Shown: positions 20,071-34,011, numbered from the stretch's first letter. The stretch: 64,000 nucleotides of DNA from Eledone cirrhosa (GCA_964016885.1 OZ024751.1:434001-498000); one strand, 5' to 3'. The notes: generated from the letters alone by a model not told the origin. Numbers and translations are program-made.

Positions 20071-20597
20071 ATGTATCTGACAGTCTACCACCATAGGTTA
20101 CCTGTGTCCAACACTCTACTATTGAATATTAATTACTATAGGACAACTCTCCGATGCTCTACAACCAGAAGATAACTCTCCATTACTCTACCACCATCGC
20201 TTAACGTACTCCGACTATGCCATCACAGGTTAACTGTGTCTGACAATCTACCATCGAATATTACCACAGGTCAAGTGTCTGACTCTTTACTATCACAGAA
20301 CAACTCTCTGACATTCTTTTTACCACTGGACAGCTCTCCAACACTCTACCACCACCAGTCAACTTAGTCCGACTATACCACTTCTGTCTATCCACCGGGC
20401 TAATAGCAACATGTAGTTTTAACAAGGAAGCTATTTGTGTCCCAATTTCCTCAGTTTCACACTATCATTGAATTAGGTTTTACAGTAGTATCAACTTTCA
20501 CTCTACTTCAACAAACAACTTTCATAGGAAGTGAATTGTTCCCAGGATCCAGACTTTGCTTTCTCTCTCTTTCTGACATACACCACCACCACTGCTA

Positions 20598-20880
20598 GAG
20601 TTAGGCGGCAAACTAGGAGAGTCGGAGAGAATGTTCTGTGCTCTCTGTGCTCTAAGTTCAAATCCTGTCTCAGTGAACTTTGCCTTTCATCTTTTCAAGA
20701 TCAATAAAAACAGTACCAGTCTAGTACTGGGGTCAATTCTTCCTCAATATCTCTTTCTCACTCTCTCTCTCTGGAAGAAACGTCATGTGCCCAGAGATGG
20801 AGAGGTGATGGACTCCACAGGTTTAAAATGCCCAAGAAATGCTGTATGTCACTACGGCACCTCTACGACTACACCAGATA
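20598..20880 (+). mobile_element. tRNA-derived SINE with Nin/Deu-like body
   Basis: B box GTTCAAATCC followed by CTTTGCCTTTCATC...ATAAAA..AGTACCAGT..GTACTGGGGTC. Confidence 0.7.
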
Positions 20881-21264
20881 CAGTTAGAATCTAAAGAATA
20901 CAGACATGTCTCACCCAGTTTAACTTAAACCACCTGTTCTATTGGTTCATTTAGTATAGTTCAATTGATATCAAGCATTCAGTACAGATCATCAATTTGA
21001 GGATACCTTCCTCTCTCTCTTTCCCACCAGTCTCAGAGACCCTGATAAGAGTCAAAGGCACTACTCCCTCTTCTCTGACAAAACTGTAAAAAACTATCAA
21101 CACAGCTATAGCTTTGTATTTTATTTATTTAATCAATTTTAAACGTTCATATAGAACTAGTTAGCCATGACAGACTAGGGGAGGTATCAAGTTCCACTTA
21201 CAGTTAAGATTGAGTTCTCTTTCTCATGATATTTTTAGCTAAACATTATTAATATTATTGTATT

Positions 21265-21435
21265 ATCGGTAGAGAGTCGGTCGTCTTGCTTTCCAGCATA
21301 GTTACGTCCCTTTACGGTCCGAGTTCAAATCCCGCCGAGGTTCACTTTGCCTTTCATCCTTTCGGGGTCGATAAAATAAAGTACCAGTAATGTACTGGGT
21401 AATTGCTGGCCTTGTGCCAAAAAAGTAGAAACAAT
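21265..21435 (+). mobile_element. tRNA-derived SINE with Nin/Deu-like body
   Basis: GAGTTCAAATCCCGCCGAGGTTCACTTTGCCTTTCATCCTTTCGGGGTCGATAAAATAAAGTACCAGT. Further copies at 21583-21790 (-) and 22215-22320. Confidence 0.8.
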
Positions 21436-21582
21436 TATTAATATTATTGTTGCAAGTCAAAGGATATCAATTGCCATCATTTGGAATAGCTAGGGTCCTT
21501 TGCTAGTCTACGGCTGAAATATGGACAGCAACAACAACAATCTAACAAATACTGGACTCATGAGTGATGGGAAATATGATAT

Positions 21583-21790
21583 AATTGTTTCTGATTTAGG
21601 CACAATGCCAACAATTTTGAGGTAGGGGAAGATTGATTAAATTGACCCCAGTGTCTTACTGGTGCTTTCTTTTTTCAAACCCTCCCCCATAAAGATGAAA
21701 GGCTTAGCTAACCTCGGTGGGATTTGAACTCAGAACATAAAGGGCCGTAACTCTGTGTCGTGTATCACGGTGTCCGATGTTCTACCATGT
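21583..21790 (-). mobile_element. SINE, same family as 21265-21435, opposite orientation
   Basis: GATGAAAGGC...ACCTCGGTGGGATTTGAACTC is the reverse complement of the B box/body. Confidence 0.7.
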
Positions 21791-22439
21791 TCTGCATGGG
21801 TTAGACAGGTTGTCCGCATCAGGAGACAAGTCTGGCCATACCATACCTTGCTCCGATGGGACTGTTAATTTGGCCGGGGATCTTACAGCTGGATTCCCTT
21901 CCTAACACCAACCACATTTACAGTGTGGTATGGAATAATAAAAGAGAATAATGTGGTATATTTCGGTTTTGGTACATTAATTTAGTTTCAGATCTGGTTG
22001 AACTTATCAAGATGAACTTTACCAAAACTACCTTTGCTGCCATAACAGTTTCAGCTCTATAATGTCAATAAAAATATGGTAAGGCTCAAATGTTGATGGA
22101 AGACTTACAACACATTATATTAATACACATGAACCCCCCCCCCCATCACCACTACATAATATTTGTATTTAGTATGCAGAACACTCTTCAGAGATATTTT
22201 TTCCTCAGTCATACGGATTCAATAAAATAAAGTACCAGTAACGTACTGGGGTTGATTTAATTAGCTTTCTCCTTCCCTTCAAATTGCTGGCCTTGTGCGA
22301 AATGTAGAAACTGTTATTATCTAGTTAAGTACCAAGACAGCTTTGATATTGTAAAGTTGGGTAGCACGGTAAGCACTTCTTCCTTAGCCAAACTCACTTC
22401 AATTCAGTATTCATGGCAACCCTTACCTATGGTCATGAA

Positions 22440-22800
22440 TCTTAGGTAATGACCGAAAGAATACAGTCGCGAATACATGCGACTGAAGGGTGTTTGGATT
22501 ATCATTATTCGATAGAGTAGATAGCTCTGAGATCAGAGAGTCACTCCAGGTAGAGCCACTACTCCGAATTGAGAGATCACAGCTCCGACACTATCGGTAT
22601 GTAGTTAGAATGTCTCAGGAAAGAATCGCTGGACAGATTTTACAGGCAAAACCAACCAGCAGGAGATCTAGGGGTGGGCTCTGAGCAAAATGGTTGGATA
22701 ACATCATGAGCTTGGCTAGTTACGCTTGGTGATACATTCAGATCAGTTGCTTCTGACAGGACTCACTGGAATGAGTGTTTTGAGAACTCTGCCCCCTAAA
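22440..22800 (+). mobile_element. Old RTE-clade LINE 3' fragment (distinct family)
   Basis: Translation IRESLQVEPLLRIERSQLRHYRYVVRMSQERIAGQILQAKPTSRRSRG resembles the RTE C-terminus. Confidence 0.7.
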
Positions 22801-23559
22801 CCCTCTCAAGAATAAGTGGGTGAAGAAGAAGAATTTTTATAATATTTTTTTTAACTTGCTGAAATACATTCCTTTCGAATTAGTACTCACCCATAATGCT
22901 GTAAAGCTCCTTCTACCTCAAGCCCCAAAGCCCGATGACAGACTTGTCAAGCAGTAGGATTATTAATTCGACATGATTTAATACCACAACTCCTGGTCAT
23001 TAGACAGATACCTTTAGCAGAGTTCATTCTGTTGCAAGCATTCACACCAGGTTTCCAGTCTGGTGATAACTTCTTCCTCTCTTTCTACCCACCATATCTT
23101 GGAAAGATCCTTAAAAAGAGGCCATATGCACTATCTTTTCCTCCTGTGAATAAACACATTAAAATAGAAAGTGATCAACATTGCTGCAGTGATGCTACGT
23201 CAATGATGCCTTTCGTGGTTGATTAAAACAATTTTAGTCTAGTACTGGGATCGATTCTTCCGCTTTCTGGAAGAAATTTGCTGTACTCAGACCTCAAGCG
23301 GGATAGGCTCCGCCAGGCTTAAAATGCTCAAGAAACCCCATATGTCAATAAGGCACCCCTACAACTCAGGAGTTATGGGACCATATCATACCAGCAGAAG
23401 TGTTAATGTGTTTTAAGGGCCAACTGAAGTGGTATTGAAATATTTCCTGTACTGAACTGCCCACAGGTCATTTGGAATGGAGTAAGATCCAAAGAGGAAG
23501 GAAAAGGATTAGACAAAATAGCTTTAGTTATATAACGGATGTCAACAGGAAAAACACAG

Positions 23560-23985
23560 GTAGTAGTGTTGGTAGTGGTAGTGGTGGAGGTGGTAGTGGA
23601 AGTAGTAGTGATGGCGGTGGCAGTAGTAGTAACAGCAACAGTGTTTATGATAGTTGTTGTAGTAATAATAGCGGTTTTATGATAATAGTAATAGTGGTGG
23701 TGGTGATAGTTGTTGCAGTGTTTATGATAGTAGTACTAGTAGTAGTGTTTATGGTGGTAGTGATAGTTGTAGTTTTTATAGCAGTAGTAGCAGCAGTTGT
23801 GTTTATGATAGTAGTTATAGTAGCAGTAGTAGTTGTGTTTATGATAGTAGTAATAGTAGCAGCAGCAGTGTTTATGATGATAGTAGTAGTAGTAGTAGTA
23901 GTAGTAGTAATAACGGTGTTTATGATAGTACAGTAGTAGTAGTAGTGTTTATGATGGTAGCCGTAGTGTGTAGTGATTGTTGTTT
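23560..23985. repeat. Degenerate (GTA)n/(GTG)n trinucleotide repeat
   Basis: Recurring GTAGTAGTAGTGTTTATGATA. Confidence 0.9.
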
Positions 23986-24433
23986 AAAATCTGATCAACC
24001 CACGATTGAGTAGGTCTGTGGACGATAGCATCCCAGCCATAAGCATCATATTTGTTTTTGGTGGGCTAGGGTATATTCTTATACTAGCTTCGGTCATGCT
24101 GGAGCACCGCCTTCAAGTGTCTTTAGGTGATCATATACGGCCCCCAGTACTTGTTATAAAGTCTGTTTATTTGTTACATTAAACTAATATGTAACAAGAT
24201 ATAATAAACAAACAGCAGTGGTTGTTAAGCGGTGCAGATGTAGACACAGCCGCACACAATAGATCACGTTTGAAGTAAATGAAAATATATCATCCGATTT
24301 ACCGGATTCACACACACACAATACAAATCGTCCTTTTTATTATATACATATATATATATATATATATATCTCACTCTCTCTATATATATATGAATTTTCC
24401 TAGTATATTACAAACGCCGTGTATAATTTTAAT

Positions 24434-24545
24434 CAGTTATTCCGATGATTTGATTAGGCAGGCATGTATTTAAAATTGAGTGACACAACTTCAAGTGATT
24501 AGCAATTTTTAGACACCCTAATCAATGAAACAATTGTTAATACTG
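24434..24545 (+). ncRNA. Variant hammerhead-like motif (CCGATGA core, ~78-nt stem II domain)
   Basis: cagttatt-CCGATGA(24442-24448)-tttgattagg...cctaatcaat-GAAA(24527-24530)-caattg-TT-aatactg. Second copy at 62700-62816 (-). Confidence 0.6.
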
Positions 24546-24616
24546 TAAATAAAACCCTTTTTGTACTGTTGACCATGTTATTCTTCACTCTTTCACTATA
24601 TATATATATGTGTGTG

Positions 24617-26585
24617 TTGAAGGCATCTGGAATGGTGGGACATACTATGGTCACCCGTATAGTTAACCAAGTAATACAGAATGGGGTCATACCAAAAGAC
24701 TAGCGTAGGAGCATCATCATTAACTGCTACAAGGGTAAAGGGGATGCACTAGATAGGGGAAACTATAGAGGCATTAAGTTAGTTGACCAGGTTATGAAGA
24801 TCACAGAAAGAGTTATAGCGCAACTAATCAGAGAGCGAATTGATCTAGATGAAATGCAGTTTGGGTTTGTGTCAGGTCAAAGTACTACAGACGCTCTTTT
24901 CCTTGTACGACAACTACAAGATATGTACCTAGCTAAAAGTAAACCCCTCTACTTAGCTTTTGTTGACTTGGAGAAAGCCTTTGACAGAGTCCCCCGCTCC
25001 ATTATCTAATGGGCTCTTAGAAAACTAGGTGTAGATGAATGGCTTGTGAGAGCTATACAAGCTATGTATAATGAAACAGTCAGTAAGGTTAGAATTAACA
25101 ATGAATATTGTGAAGAATTTAGTGTAAAAGTTGGTGTTCACCAAGGCTCTGTCCTTAGCCCCCTCCTATTTATTATTGCCCTCCAGACTATAACAGAGGA
25201 GTTCAAGACTGGCTGTCCACGGGAACTCCTATACGAAAATGATCTAACTCTCATAGCTGAATCGATGAGAAGAAATTCCAAACATGGAAGCATGGCCTAG
25301 AATCAAAAGGCCTTAAAGTTAACTTGTCTAAGACTAAAGTTCTAGTTTGTAGAAAGGAAAATAGGGCACAGGTCCCCTCAGGGAAATGGTCATGCTCAGA
25401 GTGTAGGAAAGGAGTAGGCAGAAATTCCATTTTATGTCCTAAATGCAAAGTATGGGTACATAAAAGATGTAGTTGGATCACAGGTAAACTATCTAAGAAC
25501 GTAGACTTTATATGTGGCCGATGCTCAGGTGCAATAAGTAACAAATGTCCACAGGATACTAGCTCCTTCTATTGCCTAGATGGTACTATAGAAATAGTGG
25601 ACACTTTCCATTTCCTGAGTGACAAAATCAGCAGTGGTGGAGGGTGCTCTGAAAGTACAGTAGCCAGAGTCAGAACGGGATGGAAAAAGTTCAGAGAGCT
25701 TATACCACTATTGGCCACTAAAGGTTTCTCTCTAAAAATGAAATGCAGATTGTATGATGCTTGTATACGAACAGCAATGTTACATGGCAGTGAGACATGG
25801 GCATTACGTGCAGAGGACCTGCGCAAACTGGAAAGGAACGAAGCATGCATGCTCCGTTGGATGTGTAATAGTAATATACGTGAACGGCAAAGCATAAATG
25901 AACTAAGTGAGAAATTAGGAATAAGAGGGATCAGATGCTGTTTACTTGAGAGAAGACTATGTTGGTATGGTCACGTGATGCGCATGAAAGACGACAGCTG
26001 TATACAAAAGTGCAGGGCAATCAAAGTTGATGGAAGTTACGGAGTAGGTAGACCCAGAAAAACCTGGGACAATTTGATAAATTCCGACCTTACACACTTG
26101 CACCTCTCTAAGACAATGTCACTGGACCGAGATCTTTGGCACTACGCACTAATACAGAAGACCCACCTTGCCTATGTACAAAGCGAAACCTACAGTCAGT
26201 AGGTACCTATTAACCAAATATACACTTCAATCCACTACCCCTATCCTATCCTCCCACTCCCACCAACACCACTCTCTCTCTGTAAAGTTGGTACCACAAC
26301 ATCCAGTCCAAATAAATGAGATCGAGATTGTGTAGGTGTCACGAGAAAACACACACAGTCCACGCTGTAATGTGGCCGTGTAGATGACACGGTAAAAAGT
26401 TCCAAGTTCCACACTGTAAATGTGGTTGGTGTTAGAAGGGCATCCAGCCATAGAAAGCCTGCCAGATAGTCCCATATGAGCGAGACACGGTCACCCGACC
26501 AACTTTGCCTCAAGTGGGACAACTCCCGTCTAACCCATGCTAGCGTGGCAGATGGCCGTTAAACGAAGATAATGATGATGATGAT
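24617..26585 (+). mobile_element. 5'-truncated RTE LINE (RT, PHD-like finger, C-terminus, 3' UTR), with stops and frameshifts
   Basis: QFGF..STTDA, AFVDLEKAFDRVP, GVHQGSVLSPLLF, LHGSETW, WYGHVMRM, GRPRKTW; (GAT)n tail. Confidence 0.95.
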
Positions 26586-26592
26586 ATATATA

Positions 26593-26623
<31 letters not shown>

Positions 26624-27988
26624 GAGTTCAAGCATGTTCTACAACGCGAGGACCAAAAACGTGAGGTGTTCAGGATTGCTAGGCAATGTGTCAAGGAAAA
26701 CCGTGATATTGTCGGGGAGAAGTGTGTACTTAATGATGATGGTGTACTTGCCATCACTGACGCTGATAAGAAGGTAGCTTGGAAGTGTCACTACGAAAGG
26801 CTACTAAATGAGGAGAATAAATGGGAGAAAGAGAGTCTCCTCCACATCAATCCAATAAGTTGAAGGTAGTATAATAAGTAAGGCAATCAAAGATATGAAG
26901 ACGGACAAGGCGGCCGGGCCTTCAGAAATAGTTGCTGAAATGCTGAAAGCATCTGGAACGGTAGGACACGCTATGGTCACCCGGATAGTAAACCAAGTCA
27001 TTCAGAATGGGGTCACACCAAAGGACTGGCATTAGGAGCATCATCATTAACTGCTACAAGGGTAAAGGAGATGCTCTAGATAGGGGAAACTATAGAGGCA
27101 TTAAATTAATTGACCAGGTCATGAAGGTCACAGAAAAAGTAATAGCGCAACTAATCAGAGAGCGAATTGATCTAGATGAAATGCAGTTCGGGTTTGCGTC
27201 AGGTAAAAGTACCGCAGACGCTCTTTTCATTGTACGACCACTACAGGAGAAGTACCTAGCTAAAAGTAAACCCCTATACTTAGCTTTCGTTGACTTGGAG
27301 AAAGCCTTTGACAGAGTCCCACGCCCCATTATCTGGTGGGCTCTCAGAAAACTAGGTGTTGATGAATGGCTTGTGAGAGCTATACAAGCCATGTATAAAG
27401 AAACAGTCAACAAGGTTAGAATTAACAACGAATATAGTGAAGAGTTAAGCGTAAAAGTTGGTGTTCATCAGGGCTCCGTCCTTAGCCCCCTCCTATTTAT
27501 TATCGCCCTCCAGGCTATAACAGAGGAGTTCAAGACCGGCTGCCCATGGGAACTCCTATATGCAGATGATCTAATGCTTTGGCGCTACGCAGTAATACAG
27601 AAGACCCACTTTGCCTAAGTACAAAGCGAAACCTACAGTCAGTAGGCACCTCTTAACCAAAATACACCCCCGTCCCACTACCCCTACCCCCACCCCCATC
27701 TACACTACGCCTTTCGATGTAAAGTTATGTTGGTATCACAACATCCAGTCCTAAATAAATGAGGTCGTGTAGGTGTGACAACAAAAAAACACACAGTCCA
27801 CCCTGTAATGTGGCCGTATAGGCAACACGGTAAAAACCTCCCAGTCCACACTGTAAACATGGTTTGTGTTAGGAAGGGCATCCAGCCGTAGAAAATCCGC
27901 AAGACAACCAATCTTGCCTCAAGCGGGACAATTCCCGTCCAAACCCATGCTAGCATGGAAGATGGGCGTTAAACGATGATGATGATGA
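26624..27988 (+). mobile_element. 5'-truncated, internally deleted RTE LINE
   Basis: RT through LLYADDL (27007-27575) fused directly to the ORF end and 3' UTR; (GAT)n tail. Confidence 0.93.
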
Positions 27989-27995
27989 TATATAT

Positions 27996-29385
<1,390 letters not shown>

Positions 29386-29386
29386 G

Positions 29387-29478
<92 letters not shown>

Positions 29479-29542
29479 TAAGCATGTATACGTACATACA
29501 TATATGTATACAGACGTACAGTAGTATGTATATACATACATA

Positions 29543-30809
29543 CGAGGGGGGATCAAAAAGTTTGCAGAATTTTTTAGAAAATAATCTATTTTTCAAAAAT
29601 TATGATTTACCTTCAATTTATTTTTCTACATAGTTGCCATCCAGGTCAATACACTTCACAAGCCGATGCTTCCAGCTTCGTAAGCCATCTCTAAAGAAAG
29701 TTGAAGGCCTTGTTCGAAGCCATTTGTTGGCAGTGTTTTTAGCTTCTTCAACACCATTAAAACGGGTTCCTTTTAGCATTTCTTTGAGTTTTGGAAAGAG
29801 GAAAAAGTCTAATGGGGCTAAATCTGGACTATAGGGTGGGTGAGGAAGCACTTCCCATCGAAATTCTCGAAGAACTTCTTTTGCAACCCGTGCAGAATGC
29901 GCAGGTGCATTGTCATGGTGAAACAAGATCCCACCCTTTTCGTTTCTTGACTAATGCCTCTTTCAGCTTCCTTAAAACATTTGCATAGTAAGTTCCTGTC
30001 ACAGTTCTTTGACCTTCAAGATAATCTATTAGTATCACCCCATCTGAATCCCAGAAAATGGTGGCCATCACTTTTTGATCCGACTTTTGAGATTTGAACT
30101 TTATTGGCCCCGATGATCCACGTGGAAGCCACTGTTTTGACTGCTGTTTGGATTCAAGATCATACTGGTAGATCCAGGTTTCATCTCCGGTGTGAATTCT
30201 GGTCAGGAAATGCTCTTCATCAACTTCAAATTTGTTTAATATTGCCAAAGACAGATCACTTCGAAGAATCAGCTGATCAAGGCACAACGCTTTTGGGACC
30301 CATCGCGCTGAAAGCTTGCTTAATCCCAAATTATCGTGCAGAATTGAATTTGCCGAACCATATGAAATGTCTAGGGACTTAGCTAACTGATTAACTGTTA
30401 TTCTTCGATCTTCTTCAATTAAAGTCTGATCAGCCTCAACGTTTTGGTCATTTTTTGATGTTCCTAGTCTTCCACTGCGATGGTCGTTTTCAAGGACGTC
30501 TCTCCCTTGTTTGAATCGCTGAATCCACTTGTAGAGAGCAGTTTTCTTTGAAGCAGTAGTACCGTAAACTTTAACTAAAGCCTCCATAATCTGTGTCCCT
30601 TTCCATTTGAGTTTCACCAGAAACTTGATATTCGATCTTATCTCAAAATAACTATTTTCCATTGTTCCAAAAAGAGGTTTTTTTAAAGAGTGTCAGTACT
30701 GTACAATAGTCCACGCATAGTGACAATGTTCTGACATGTTTAATATTGTTTTTACCTGATTTTTTTCTTGCTACGATAAAATTCCGCAAACTTTTTGATC
30801 CCCCCCTCG
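29543..30809 (-). mobile_element. Full-length mariner transposon (1267 bp), TA target duplication
   Basis: TIRs CGAGGGGGGATCAAAAAGTTTGC.GAATTTT at both ends, each flanked by TA. Confidence 0.95.
29618..30662 (-). pseudogene. mariner DD34D transposase with one frameshift near 29926
   Basis: Overlapping ORFs 29913-30662 and 29618-29926: WVPKAL, TGDETW, HHDNAPAH, HPPYSPDLAPLDFFLF, GNYVEK. Confidence 0.93.
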
Positions 30810-31065
30810 TACATGCACACATATATATATGTGCATGTATGTATGTATATACATACTACTGTACGTCTGTATACATATATGTATGTACATATACATGCTT
30901 ATATTTAAGTATCAGCCGTACTAAGAGTGAGAAATGAAATTTCCTTTTTTCCATTTATCGTTTTCGGTACGCCCGGCCGACTAACTCAGTCGATATGCAA
31001 ATTAGGCTGCTCAGCCGTTAATATGCATATGGAAAGTATATACCTTCAAACATTCAATTGATTAA

Positions 31066-31128
31066 CAGGAAGGTATACGGTGCTGATGACAGCTAATAAG
31101 GTAGAAACTAGTTCATCGTTCCTTTGTC
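31066..31128 (+). ncRNA. Type I hammerhead ribozyme motif of the candidate retrozyme
   Basis: gaagg-tat-acggtg-CTGATGA(31083-31089)-cagct/aata/aggta-GAAA(31104-31107)-ctag-TT-catcgt-t-ccttt. Stem II is mismatched here; copy 2 reads tagct/aata/agct. Confidence 0.75.
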
Positions 31129-31455
31129 AGTGTTGAACAAAAGGGCAACGATGGTTGTCGAACACTGTACGGTTTAATTCGGACTGTTTGTTTACAAACA
31201 AACCGAACATTATAATAAATGTTTGGTAAACCCATACGTACATATATATATGTGTGCATGTATGTATGTATATACATACTACAGTACGTCTGTATACATA
31301 TATGTATGTACGTATAGATGCTTATATTTAAGTATCAGCCGTACTAAGAGTGAGAAATGAAATTTCATTTTTTCCATTTATATATATGTGTGTATATAAA
31401 TATATATATGTATATATATATATATGTATGTATATATGTATATATATATATATAT

Positions 31456-31919
<464 letters not shown>

Positions 31920-32213
31920 TATATTGTTATACTTTGGGAGGGTCATGTTGCCAATAAGAAACACACGCACCAGTTGCTTTCACTTCAATTTATTATAATA
32001 AATTTATAAATTTAGGAATTTATAAATTTATAAATTTCTGGTTGGTTGGTTGGTTCCACAACCAGATAGTTGTTTATATATTGTCAAAGTTCTTTCGTCA
32101 CACATTCTGTGACCTCTTCAGTGACTGGGGATTCTTTTCTTTGTTTTTGTGCCTCTCCTTTGTTCTGTCCTACGCCATTTTGAAACAAAATGGCGTAGGA
32201 CAGAACAAAGGAG

Positions 32214-32978
32214 ATCCTGGGTACACAAGAGATGTAGTGGGATAGCAAGCAAACTAACAGGTAGGGAGAAATACGTATGCAGTAGATGTACAGGGAAATT
32301 AGACAGTAGAAGTCGCATTGATAGACACATTTTTCAAATGCAGGCGGGTGCTATAGAAGTGGTGGATAGCTTCCGGTACCTAGGAGATCAGATTAGCATG
32401 GGGGGGGGGGGGTCTGAGGCCATAGTATCTAGAATAAGGACGGGTTGGAAGAAGTTTAGGGAGCTGCTTCCTCTGCTGACGAAGAAGGGTTTCTCCCTGC
32501 GTACGAAAGGCCGGTTATATGATGCCTGTGTGAGGAGCGCGATGCTGCATGGTAGTGAGACATGGGCAGCAACTGCAGAGGATATGCGACGGCTAGAGAG
32601 AAATGAGGCAAACATGCTCCGTTGGATGTGCAATGTCAATGTGTGTGAACGACCCAGCATGGATGTGTTGAGAGAGAGACTGTGTCTGAGAGGCATAGAA
32701 TGTAGTGTGTGGGAGAGGAGACTGCGGTGGTATGGACATGTGATACGCATGGAGGATGACCGATTGGTGAAGAAGTGCCAGGAAATGCCAGTTGAAGGAA
32801 GACGTCGTAGAGGTAGACCACAAAAAACATGGGCGGAGGTGGTGAGAACAGACCTCAGATCACTGAAGCTCAAGGTGGAGATGACGAAGGACCGTGACAA
32901 GTGGAGAGATGCTGTGCTGAATAAGACCCATCCCACCCTTGCAAGCAGGGAAAAGCGGACGTAAAATGATGATGATGA
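32214..32978 (+). mobile_element. RTE LINE 3' fragment, second subfamily with very short 3' UTR
   Basis: Open frame WVHKRCSG...FRYLGD...LHGSETW...RRLRWYGHV...RGRPQKTW; stop followed directly by (GAT)n. Confidence 0.92.
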
Positions 32979-33002
32979 TATATATATATATATATATGTA
33001 TA

Positions 33003-33365
33003 GTATATTTGGCAATATACCGTATGTTTAATTAAAAACATTTAGAAGACCATATGCTATCGGTTTTAAAGTAGTGACTATGTCACTTCTTTTCGGCGAA
33101 AGAAGGGAGAGAAGCTAACAGTCTCTTTCACTCTGGCTGGCGATCATCAGAGCCATGCACCCTCTGCTTCCGCCAAAAATTATAGAAGCTGGATTCTTAT
33201 AGAATTCCAGTAATAATCAGGAACTGATTATACAGAGCGATTGCCGGTCCAGCAAAAATTAGGTATCCCTTCTTTTGTCGAAAAGCAGTAAGTGACATAG
33301 CCACTACTTTAAAACCGATAGCGTATGGTCTTCTAAATGTTTTTATTAAACATACGGTATATTTT
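33003..33365. mobile_element. MITE-like element with ~75-bp inverted repeats; diverged partial copy at 38030-38260
   Basis: ATATACCGTATGTTTAAT..AAACATTTAGAAGACCATA.GCTATCGGTTTTAAAGTAGTG.CTATGTCACTT and its reverse complement at ~33289-33362. Confidence 0.7.
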
Positions 33366-33549
33366 AACGAAATACCGTATATTTTGGTATATTCATTTCT
33401 GCATCTGCGATTCTGCTTGTCAGGTGCGTTTCGTTTAGTGCCATGCATATTGTTTGATTGCTTATGGCTAAGTCTCCCAGGTAGGAAATTTTACTCATGT
33501 TAGTGTGTTTCACCAGACAATATATATGTATATATATATATATATATAT

Positions 33550-33614
<65 letters not shown>

Positions 33615-33639
33615 ATATATATGCATATATATAAATATA

Positions 33640-34005
33640 TCCTCTACCCCACCCCTCTGACCCCTCTCCATCCACACACACACACACCGACTTACACCCC
33701 ACCCCATGTACACACCGGTTTCCCTTTTACCTGAACATGGAACCTCGCTCTTCCCCCAACTCTGACATACACACACACCACCTTCAGCCTTCTCCCCTAT
33801 CCACCCCCTCCACCCACCACCACCCCTACACGCCTCACACCTTTTTACCACTTGTTTCTTTTTATTTTTATTTTTAAAAAATATTTTTCTCCCTTTTCTC
33901 TCCCCCCTTTTTTTTAAATGTCTTTCCACCACTCCCCAACACAACCTCGGAAATCTTTCCCTACCCATTTTTCTCCTGATGAAGGGCTTATGCTCGAAAC
34001 GTCGT
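33640..34005 (+). mobile_element. Probable PLE 3' UTR fragment ending in a minimal HHR core
   Basis: Pyrimidine-rich tract then CTGATGA(33976)-agggcttatgctc-GAAAC(33996)-GTC; stem I partner not evident. Confidence 0.55.
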
Positions 34006-34011
34006 CCCTCA

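Larger units (their letters stand above)
29474..31380 (+). mobile_element. Non-coding HHR-bearing tandem element (candidate retrozyme), ~423-nt unit, split by a mariner insertion
   Basis: Direct repeat 30826-30957 = 31245-31380; inverted arm 29474-29542 plus 30812-30820; HHR at 31066-31128; flanked by (TA)n; homologous copy at 58284-59033. Confidence 0.7.

Noticed and set aside
23472-23936. 154-aa ORF with Gly/Ser linker and poly-Val stretch
   Set aside because: Product of a degenerate (GTA)n repeat.
32388-33041. Antisense ORFs over LINE and transposase sequences (also 25569, 27090, 56472, 57319)
   Set aside because: Shadow frames of the real RTE ORF.
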